Part shown: one piece after another, positions 37,654-43,668 of the stretch
Numbering within the stretch: the stretch's first letter is position 1
Layout of the letters: each line of letters opens with the position of its first letter
IMG/VR virus record: IMGVR_UViG_3300035670_000272
Location: 1 to 54,356 of that record
Length of the DNA stretch: 54,356 bases
Reading direction: 5' to 3' (one strand)
Source: a virus
Taxonomy: Duplodnaviria > Caudoviricetes
Notes under the pieces: generated by a model
Told to the model about the DNA's origin: nothing
Database searches by the model: none
Seen by the model: the letters and a program-made list of their open reading frames with translations, nothing else
Made by a program: the position numbers and the translations under genes

Positions 37654-38105
37654 GTTCTCTCCTTACTCGCGTAGTTGCAGTTCTGAATGAAGTTCACTAC
37701 CTCGTCCGGTGTCTCGGCGGATATCTCGTCGAGCATCAGCGGCTCCGGTGGCTCGTTGCGTTCGCGCGACCCTGGCTTCATGCGCCAATGTGAAGCGACG
37801 AACTTGTCGCCCCAGCGCGATACCTCGCACCACTCTTCGCTGTTCGGTATGAGTAGTTCGAGGCTGCACACGACTCGCTTGCCCCAGCCCTCTTCGGTGG
37901 CCCATCCCCAACTCAGGTCCTCGTCGTTGAGGGCTTTCGTTAGGGGCGCGTAGAAACGCCACGCAGCGGCAGCGAGATCGCGCTCTACCGCATCGTAGCG
38001 GGCAGGCCACCAGCAGGCCGGGCAGATGCAGTCATCGCTGCACTTGTCAGGCTCGTGGCAGGATAGGCAGTCGAGTCCTAGGTCTAGCGTCAGGTTGAAT
38101 GGCAT
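37650..38105 (-). CDS. Hypothetical protein with N-terminal Cys cluster
   Basis: AAGGAGG RBS; CLSC...C...CICPAC. Confidence 0.6.
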   Translation of the reverse strand: MPFNLTLDLGLDCLSCHEPDKCSDDCICPACWWPARYDAVERDLAAAAWRFYAPLTKALNDEDLSWGWATEEGWGKRVVCSLELLIPNSEEWCEVSRWGDKFVASHWRMKPGSRERNEPPEPLMLDEISAETPDEVVNFIQNCNYASKERT

Positions 38106-38118
38106 TACTTTCCCCTCC

Positions 38119-38256
38119 TTATGGCTTGACGTAATCGGTGATGTCCCAACCGCGCGGAACACAGGACAGGCAGAAGTACCCTGCCCATCCTCCAGCGCAA
38201 CGGTCCATCGCGTAGACACTCGCGGTCCTTCCGCATTGGCACTTCGCTTCGTACAT
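38119..38256 (-). CDS. Small zinc-binding protein
   Basis: MYEAKCQC...FCLSC. Confidence 0.5.
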   Translation of the reverse strand: MYEAKCQCGRTASVYAMDRCAGGWAGYFCLSCVPRGWDITDYVKP

Positions 38257-38267
38257 ACGGGGTCCGG

Positions 38268-38612
38268 TCACGACAGGATCTCTTCCTGCTCGATCGCGGA
38301 CTCGCACAGATTGCAGCCGAACCACCAGCGCGGGTACGCCAGGAGATCCTGCCGCGAGATACCGCACCAGCGGCAGTCGCCGAAGTCGTCGAAGACGGGC
38401 GACGCGGCATCCTGCTTGATGTATTCCAGAGCCGCGCTGAGTGTCGGCTCGGTGCGGAGCGGAGAGTAGTACGTCCCGCCGTACTTACGAACGTGGATGC
38501 TGAAGGCATTTACCTGTAAGCCCTCGCGCAGCCACGGGTCGCGGTCGATGTAAACCGTGTAGCGATCGTCGCTGCACTCCCAGCGGTCCTCGCTCACTCG
38601 TCGTAGTTCCAT
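38268..38612 (-). CDS. Hypothetical protein with C-terminal zinc ribbon
   Basis: GAAGGG RBS; CRWC...CNLC. Confidence 0.6.
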   Translation of the reverse strand: MELRRVSEDRWECSDDRYTVYIDRDPWLREGLQVNAFSIHVRKYGGTYYSPLRTEPTLSAALEYIKQDAASPVFDDFGDCRWCGISRQDLLAYPRWWFGCNLCESAIEQEEILS

Positions 38613-38657
38613 GCGAATACCCTTCTCTCGTAGGCTAACGATCGCTAGCCAAGGCGA

Positions 38658-38690
38658 GGCAGGAGGGAAAGGGAAGGGAACCCTCCTGCC
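38658..38690 (-). terminator. Hairpin downstream of the DUF932 gene
   Basis: GGCAGGAGGG / CCCTCCTGCC 10-bp stem with a 13-nt loop. Confidence 0.6.
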
Positions 38691-38706
38691 CCACGTTGGT
38701 GAGCGA

Positions 38707-39705
38707 TCACGCAGATAGCAGCGAGTACGCCTTCTGCTTGATCGGTTCGACAGCGCCCAGGAAGACGCGCTCGGCGCGCGCAACATCAGCGTCGCGCTTG
38801 CCTGCCTTCACGGGCTTCACCCAGTCAGCCCACTCGGTGATGGCGTTGAACGCTGCCCAGCGAGTTCCGGCGACGTTATGCTGGGTCGGGGCGAGCCAAA
38901 GACCGGCAACCTGCTCGCGGGTCTCCTCGACGCGCATCATCTGGAGGCTGCTCATGTCCTTACGCATCGGGAACAACTTCTCCGTGAACGTGTCGAACTC
39001 ACGGCGCGACATCTCCTGCGACACGAGTTCATCAACCGCAGTCTGGAACGCGTCGGCGTAATCGACGACGAGCCCCATCGCCTCGCGCGCCTGCTGGATC
39101 TTGCCGCGAATGTTGGTCGTGTGCTTCATCGACCACTTGCTGACCGCGCTCTGCAGACCGAACTGAACGGTGTTCGCGCAGACAGGCCGGACCGCAGTGA
39201 CGAACGCGGTGAAAGCCTTGCTCCCGTCGTGGCTAGTTGAGCAGACGAGGTACAGGTCTACGGTGTCCTGCCCTCCGGCGATGCTGATGTGCTGCGGCAT
39301 CTTCATGGATACGAACACCTGAGTCCCGCCGCGCAGGGAACCGGCAGTCTCGAAGACCGCGCCGGACTCGTCAACGAGAGTGTTCAGGAAGTCGAACGCT
39401 TCCTTGTTCTGGATGACGGTGTATTGCGATCCGACGACACCGAGACCTTGGAGTCCCAACTTCGGGTGGTCGCGGTAAGTCATGAAGCGATCGGGCGCGC
39501 TCACCATAACGACGCCGTTCTCGGTGAGTACCGGGGTCTGGACCGGATCGTCGGACTTCACGACCTCCCAATCCAACTGCGAGAGCCGGAGCGCGTCCTC
39601 AACTGTCTGCGCGCCGTCCGTGATAACGCCTAGGTGATGCCAGGGAACCTCGCGGTTGCTGAAGAACGCGGCGCTCCCGTCTTTGAATGTCTCTACTGCG
39701 TGCAT
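38707..39705 (-). CDS. DUF932 / phage-plasmid-like protein (TIGR03299-like)
   Basis: PWHHLG, L.WEV, LGVVG..Y..IQN.EAF, FETAGSL.GG, SHDGS, RPVCANT, HT; ATG at 39705. Confidence 0.85.
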   Translation of the reverse strand: MHAVETFKDGSAAFFSNREVPWHHLGVITDGAQTVEDALRLSQLDWEVVKSDDPVQTPVLTENGVVMVSAPDRFMTYRDHPKLGLQGLGVVGSQYTVIQNKEAFDFLNTLVDESGAVFETAGSLRGGTQVFVSMKMPQHISIAGGQDTVDLYLVCSTSHDGSKAFTAFVTAVRPVCANTVQFGLQSAVSKWSMKHTTNIRGKIQQAREAMGLVVDYADAFQTAVDELVSQEMSRREFDTFTEKLFPMRKDMSSLQMMRVEETREQVAGLWLAPTQHNVAGTRWAAFNAITEWADWVKPVKAGKRDADVARAERVFLGAVEPIKQKAYSLLSA

Positions 39706-39732
39706 GTGCGTACCCTTCCGGTTAGGTCTGAC

Positions 39733-39783
39733 GATCTCGTCAGCGGCACTATTCAGCACCGGACCCCTCTCGGGGTTTCGATC
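39733..39783 (-). ncRNA. Type II hammerhead ribozyme HHR1
   Basis: GATC-GAAA-CCCC GAGA GGGG-TC^-CGGTGCT GAAT AGTGCCG-CTGACGA-GATC; predicted cleavage after 39762. Confidence 0.85.
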
Positions 39784-39965
39784 TAGTCAGTACGTTGATC
39801 GCAAGCGTGGCGAACCTTGAAGATCGGTCCGTCAGCCGCGAGTTCTGCGAGGCGTCGCATCCCCTCTTCGGTCGCGATGTTGATTGCCTCATATTCGGCA
39901 ATCGTTATTGGCTTGTATTTCTCAGCAGAAGACGTAGACAGTTCCGTCGAAGTCTCCATCGTCAT
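39783..39965 (-). CDS. Hypothetical protein
   Basis: GAGGAGG RBS; its TAG overlaps HHR1. Confidence 0.55.
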   Translation of the reverse strand: MTMETSTELSTSSAEKYKPITIAEYEAINIATEEGMRRLAELAADGPIFKVRHACDQRTD

Positions 39966-40194
39966 CCTCCTCGGGGTCGTGAATCTGATACTCGTCGTGG
40001 TAGTCGTCCCACTTAGCGGTCATTTCGTGAACGTTGTTCTCAATGAAGCGGTATCCGAGCCGCGTCTGCCAGTAATCAGCAGAGGCAGCGCTGAACAGGA
40101 TCGGCTTGTCGAGATCCGGCAGCGCATAAAGCGCGTCGATAAGTTCCCGAACCGTGAGTGTTGCCTTGTTCGCTTCGACATTCGTCGTTGCCAT
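39922..40194 (-). CDS. Hypothetical acidic protein
   Basis: GGAGG RBS; LTVRELIDAL..L pattern. Confidence 0.65.
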   Translation of the reverse strand: MATTNVEANKATLTVRELIDALYALPDLDKPILFSAASADYWQTRLGYRFIENNVHEMTAKWDDYHDEYQIHDPEEDDDGDFDGTVYVFC

Positions 40195-40298
40195 TACCGC
40201 ATACCTCCCTCAACCCATCCCGCGATCCCCATGAACGCGAGCATTACTAGTGTGAAGAGTGTTGCTGCGGCGATCTCGCCGCGTTGCGTGAGCCTCAC
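40194..40298 (-). CDS. Small single-TM peptide (34 aa, not in ORF track)
   Basis: GTG; RLTQRGEIAAATLFTLVMLAFMGIAGWVEGG; GAGGAGG RBS. Confidence 0.55.
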   Translation of the reverse strand: MRLTQRGEIAAATLFTLVMLAFMGIAGWVEGGMR

Positions 40299-40504
40299 GA
40301 TGCCTCCTCTGTCGGCGTGATCGGTGCCCCGAGCCATTCCTCAACGGCTTTGATGTGGAATAACTCGGGTGCGTTACTGAACTGCGTGATCTGAATGTGC
40401 TGAAGCGGGTCCCACCCGATCCGTTCCAACTCGTTCAGGGTGTTCCTGAGCGAGAAGATCGTCGGTCGGCGCAGGATGTAACCCGTCTGCAATCTTTCGA
40501 TCAT
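40295..40504 (-). CDS. Hypothetical protein
   Basis: First ORF after HHR2; GGAAGGGGAAG RBS. Confidence 0.65.
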   Translation of the reverse strand: MIERLQTGYILRRPTIFSLRNTLNELERIGWDPLQHIQITQFSNAPELFHIKAVEEWLGAPITPTEEAS

Positions 40505-40526
40505 GCGCTTCCCCTTCCGTTAGCCT

Positions 40527-40583
40527 GTCTCTTCAGGCGTAGGAGGCTATCCCTACGCGACCCCGGCGAACCGGGGTTTCGAC
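40527..40583 (-). ncRNA. Type II hammerhead ribozyme HHR2
   Basis: GTC-GAAA-CCCCGG TTCG CCGGGG-TC^-GCGTAGG GATAGCCT CCTACGC-CTGAAGA-GAC; tail AGGCTA pairs with loop TAGCCT; cleavage after 40559. Confidence 0.92.
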
Positions 40584-40867
40584 TAGAACGGCGGAGCGGA
40601 CTTTTCTCTGGCGGATTCCTCTCCGGCCTCCCAACCTTTCGACCAGCCGCGATCGAACTCGGCGAACTCGGCGTCCCAAATGAGTTCACGGATCTTCTGA
40701 AGGCTCTCCTTGTCTACCCCCAACTCGCGGAAGTAGTGGATGAGCGCGTGGTACATGACGCGGCTCTCGTTCGAGGCACCCTTGGTCGGGTACTGCTCAA
40801 CGAAGCGCCACGCGCCAGCGATAGCCATGTCGATCGTCTCGGTCAGCGGCGTGCGTGTCTCTGTCAT
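40583..40867 (-). CDS. Hypothetical protein
   Basis: GAAAGGGAAG RBS; MTETRTPLTE...; its TAG overlaps HHR2. Confidence 0.65.
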   Translation of the reverse strand: MTETRTPLTETIDMAIAGAWRFVEQYPTKGASNESRVMYHALIHYFRELGVDKESLQKIRELIWDAEFAEFDRGWSKGWEAGEESAREKSAPPF

Positions 40868-40889
40868 TGGCTTCCCTTTCGTCTCGCCT

Positions 40890-40942
40890 GTCTCTTCAGC
40901 GCCAGGAGGCGAACCCTGACGGACCCCTCTCGGGGTTTCGAC
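40890..40942 (-). ncRNA. Type II hammerhead ribozyme HHR3
   Basis: GTC-GAAA-CCCC GAGA GGGG-TC^-CGTCAGG GTTCGCCT CCTGGCG-CTGAAGA-GAC; tail AGGCGA pairs with TCGCCT; cleavage after 40922. Confidence 0.92.
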
Positions 40943-41244
40943 TAGTCGCGCGTCGCGTAGATACGGATGACGCGGCGCTCGCCGTACTCGTTCTCGTTGC
41001 CGTACTCGTAGGACCAGATCTCCGTGTCGCCGAAGTGGTCTACCTCGACTGCCTCGGGGTTGCTCTCTAGTGCCTTCAGGATCTTGTTGAGCCGGATCTT
41101 GACGGTGCGGTCGCTCACCGGCGTGTAGTGATTGACTTCGCCGTGCTCTGGCGCGGCGTAGGTGCCGCCGCAACCGCAGGCGCATCCGGTCTTGCCGCAG
41201 TACGTCTTCTGGATGTTCTTGAATGAGATACCGATGGTGGTCAT
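40942..41244 (-). CDS. Hypothetical protein with YCGKTGCACGCGG motif
   Basis: GAAAGGGAAG RBS; its TAG overlaps HHR3. Confidence 0.7.
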   Translation of the reverse strand: MTTIGISFKNIQKTYCGKTGCACGCGGTYAAPEHGEVNHYTPVSDRTVKIRLNKILKALESNPEAVEVDHFGDTEIWSYEYGNENEYGERRVIRIYATRD

Positions 41245-41267
41245 GTGCTTCCCTTTCGTCTGGCCCT

Positions 41268-41322
41268 GTCTCGTCAGCGGTAGGCGGGCAGTTCTACCGG
41301 ACCCCGTTTCCGGGGTTTCGAC
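41268..41322 (-). ncRNA. Type II hammerhead ribozyme HHR4
   Basis: GTC-GAAA-CCCCG GAAA CGGGG-TC^-CGGTAG AACTGCCCGC CTACCG-CTGACGA-GAC; tail GGGC pairs with GCCC; cleavage after 41300. Confidence 0.92.
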
Positions 41323-41606
41323 TAATAGCCGAGTCGCTTCAGGTCAGCGTTCGCATACTTGCCGAGAACGCGCGACGTTGCCGCGACGTAGGTGTGTCCG
41401 TGAATGTCGGTCTTGATAACCGGGTCGGTGTACACGACCTGAGCGTTGATCGCGTTCACGAGTCGCTGCGCGGTTCGCTTGTTACGCAGGACGTAGCCGT
41501 GGGTGCTTGGCCTATCGACTGGCGCATCCCAGGTTGAGTAGACGCGCCACTCGCCACCGGGATCGTCGTCTGTCTCGCACTCGTACATATCGGCTCGGAC
41601 CTTCAT
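41322..41606 (-). CDS. Hypothetical protein
   Basis: GAAAGGGAAG RBS; its TAG overlaps HHR4. Confidence 0.7.
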   Translation of the reverse strand: MKVRADMYECETDDDPGGEWRVYSTWDAPVDRPSTHGYVLRNKRTAQRLVNAINAQVVYTDPVIKTDIHGHTYVAATSRVLGKYANADLKRLGY

Positions 41607-41628
41607 GTGCTTCCCTTTCGTTACACCT

Positions 41629-41681
41629 GTCTCGTCAGCACGGGTCGGTGATTTCCCGTGGACCCCTCTCGGGGTTTCGAC
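41629..41681 (-). ncRNA. Type II hammerhead ribozyme HHR5
   Basis: GTC-GAAA-CCCC GAGA GGGG-TC^-CACGGG AAATCACCGA CCCGTG-CTGACGA-GAC; tail GGTG pairs with CACC; cleavage after 41661. Confidence 0.92.
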
Positions 41682-41884
41682 TATTCAGCACCGCACTCGC
41701 AGCCTCGCTTGTTGCAGCGGTTGGGCGCGGCCTGCCGGAAGACCCGCTCGCCGCAGAGCGAGCAGCAGGTCATCGCGGCGATGCAGGACTTCTGTTCGGT
41801 CGGGCAAGTGATGACCCGTACCCATGCGCCGTACTCGTTGCGGTACTCGAAGTCCAGCGTATGCAGGTTGGTCGCGGTCATCAT
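41681..41884 (-). CDS. Cys-rich hypothetical protein
   Basis: ATGA overlap with the upstream ORF; its TAG overlaps HHR5. Confidence 0.55.
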   Translation of the reverse strand: MMTATNLHTLDFEYRNEYGAWVRVITCPTEQKSCIAAMTCCSLCGERVFRQAAPNRCNKRGCECGAE

Positions 41885-42165
41885 GCCGTCACCGACCGTG
41901 TATCGAACGCGAACATGACCGCGTACTGGGCATCTGTCTTCGTTCGGCAAGTCGCTATCACGGCACCGTTGATGATCGCGTCCCAGGAGCCGACATCGTT
42001 CGGCTGGACCGATGCCGCGATGGGTCGGTTGTCGCGACCAATGACGTCGTAGCCGTACACGGCGATCAGTCGCTTGCCACGACGCTCGGTGCGCATCAGG
42101 TAGCCGCGCCAGATCAGGTCGCCGTACTTGTCGGTCTTCGGCTGAAGTTCAGCAAGAAGGCTCAT
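41881..42165 (-). CDS. Hypothetical protein
   Basis: GAAAGGGAAG RBS; MSLLAELQPK... Confidence 0.65.
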   Translation of the reverse strand: MSLLAELQPKTDKYGDLIWRGYLMRTERRGKRLIAVYGYDVIGRDNRPIAASVQPNDVGSWDAIINGAVIATCRTKTDAQYAVMFAFDTRSVTA

Positions 42166-42190
42166 TGTTCTTCCCTTTCGTTGGTCGCCT

Positions 42191-42243
42191 GTCTCTTCAG
42201 GTGCGGGAGGCGATCTCCGCACGACCCCTCGCGGGGTTTCGAC
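42191..42243 (-). ncRNA. Type II hammerhead ribozyme HHR6
   Basis: GTC-GAAA-CCCC GCGA GGGG-TC^-GTGCGG AGATCGCCTC CCGCAC-CTGAAGA-GAC; tail AGGCGA pairs with TCGCCT; cleavage after 42223. Confidence 0.92.
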
Positions 42244-42494
42244 TAGGAGTTGCTTCGGATAGGCTCGGCCATCTCCGGGTAGATCATCGCGGCGTACTCC
42301 TTCGCTTGCCGCAGCGTCGCGAACTGCTCTCCCAGCGGCTGCTCGTGCCAGTAGCCGCGACCGTCGCGGTACTGCGACACAAGCGCGTAGCCGGAGCGAC
42401 CATCGCGGTGGTCCATTCGGATGACGAACTTCTCTCCGCTATCACGTGAGAACTCGTAGCGGTACTCGAAGCCGTTCTTGATCCACATGTCCAT
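42243..42494 (-). CDS. Hypothetical protein
   Basis: GAAAGGGAAG RBS; FATLRQAKEYA; its TAG overlaps HHR6. Confidence 0.7.
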   Translation of the reverse strand: MDMWIKNGFEYRYEFSRDSGEKFVIRMDHRDGRSGYALVSQYRDGRGYWHEQPLGEQFATLRQAKEYAAMIYPEMAEPIRSNS

Positions 42495-42518
42495 CGTTCT
42501 TCCCTTTCTTCTTGACCT

Positions 42519-42573
42519 GTCTCTTCAGGCACGGTAGGTCAGTTCCGCGCGACCCGCCGAAGCGGGTTTCGAC
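42519..42573 (-). ncRNA. Type II hammerhead ribozyme HHR7
   Basis: GTC-GAAA-CCCGC TTCG GCGGG-TC^-GCGCGG AACTGACCTA CCGTGC-CTGAAGA-GAC; tail AGGTCA pairs with TGACCT; cleavage after 42551. Confidence 0.92.
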
Positions 42574-42848
42574 TAACGCACGATCGACGCGTCGGCCCAA
42601 GTAGCGCTCTCCGTGATGCGCCCGGTGGCGTTACCGATGGAATTCTGGATGCCGAGGCGGATCTCGTGGATCGTCTCGCCGTCCGCCTTTGAGTAGTCGT
42701 AGCAGCGGTCGGTGCGGAACTCCATGTTGATCTCGTCTGACTCGGCGATAGCGTCCGCGAGCAGACGCACAAGCCGAGCGGCTTCCTTGCGGTTCATCGT
42801 GAAGTAAGCGACGTTCCGGTCGGTCATGGCGGTGTATGTCGTGGCCAT
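42573..42848 (-). CDS. Hypothetical protein
   Basis: GAAAGGGAAGG RBS; its TAG overlaps HHR7. Confidence 0.7.
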   Translation of the reverse strand: MATTYTAMTDRNVAYFTMNRKEAARLVRLLADAIAESDEINMEFRTDRCYDYSKADGETIHEIRLGIQNSIGNATGRITESATWADASIVR

Positions 42849-42870
42849 TGTGTTTCCTTCCCTTTCGCGT

Positions 42871-42929
42871 GTCTCTTCAGCGTTAGGACGCGACCCCTAA
42901 CGGACCTCCCCCGAAGGGGAGGTTTCGAC
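42871..42929 (-). ncRNA. Type II hammerhead ribozyme HHR8
   Basis: GTC-GAAA-CCTCCCC TTCG GGGGAGG-TC^-CGTTAGG GGTCGCGT CCTAACG-CTGAAGA-GAC; tail ACGCGA pairs with TCGCGT; cleavage after 42903. Confidence 0.92.
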
Positions 42930-43355
42930 TGGGAAGTCAACTGTCGCTTAGGGTTACTGCGGCTCGTCTTGCCCCACTTCCCGCCCTGCCGCTTGCTCTG
43001 ACGCGTTACGCGGTGATCGCATCGCAACATCGGGCGCTGGTGAGGTAGGTCCCTTCCGGGTCTCCCCTCGCACGGATCGGGCTGGTTCACTAGGCGGTTC
43101 CGGTCGCGCGCTGGCCCTTCTCTGCTCAGCCATTCGCCGGAGGCGGTGCCCCGATCCGCTCTTCAGTTGTAGCACGATCTTACCGTGTCAGACGGTAGTT
43201 CGGGGACTTTTGAGGAAACTAATTTGGGCGAGTTTCCGGGGTCAGAATCCAGGCCCCCACCAGGCCCCCGCCCAAGGGTCCTAGACGCTTACAGGTCGAT
43301 ACAGGTCGATCCAGGGGCAGCCCTACGCGGGTCGGCTCCGGGAAGCCCGATCGCG

Positions 43356-43363
43356 TGTAGAAT
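43356..43363 (+). promoter_or_regulatory. Candidate -10 element (TAGAAT) for the tail operon
   Basis: GTGTAGAAT in the divergent intergenic region upstream of the tail genes. Confidence 0.45.
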
Positions 43364-43455
43364 GGTGGGAGCAACGTGTCCATCCGTGACCCCGCTCTCG
43401 CCGTGGCTCGCGTGGCCCCAGGGAAGCCGGGGTTGCCGTGCGCCCAGGGAGCGGA

Positions 43456-43668
43456 ATGGCTTCGTACCGAGTCCTCGTAGGAATCGACTACGCAGGGAAG
43501 CGCGCTGAGGCTGGCGCTATCGTTAATGACCTACCCGCGAAGAGCGTTACTTGGCTGCTCGCGCAGAACCTCATCGAGACCGTAGATAACGCTTCAGACG
43601 ATCAGCCTGTAACACCAAAGACTACTGCTGCGCGTGAGCCAAAGTCTCCCAGCAAGGGAGGCGAATGA
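43456..43668 (+). CDS. Small protein preceding the tail tube genes
   Basis: MASYRVLVGIDY...WLL.Q.LIE; AGGGAG RBS. Confidence 0.65.
   Translation: MASYRVLVGIDYAGKRAEAGAIVNDLPAKSVTWLLAQNLIETVDNASDDQPVTPKTTAAREPKSPSKGGE

Noticed and set aside
39733-42929. CRISPR array or integron attC sites as the explanation for the repeats
   Set aside because: The spacers are 270-740 nt protein-coding stretches, and the repeats vary in stems while conserving the hammerhead core. No integron integrase or cas1/cas2 is present.
39733-42929. Repeats as simple intrinsic terminators
   Set aside because: There is no U-tract on the coding strand, and terminators would not explain the invariant CUGANGA/GAAA/GUC core or the covarying pseudoknot.
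43159-43166. Ninth hammerhead at the orphan CTGAAGAG
   Set aside because: I found no correctly placed GAAA-stem III-NUH to complete the core.
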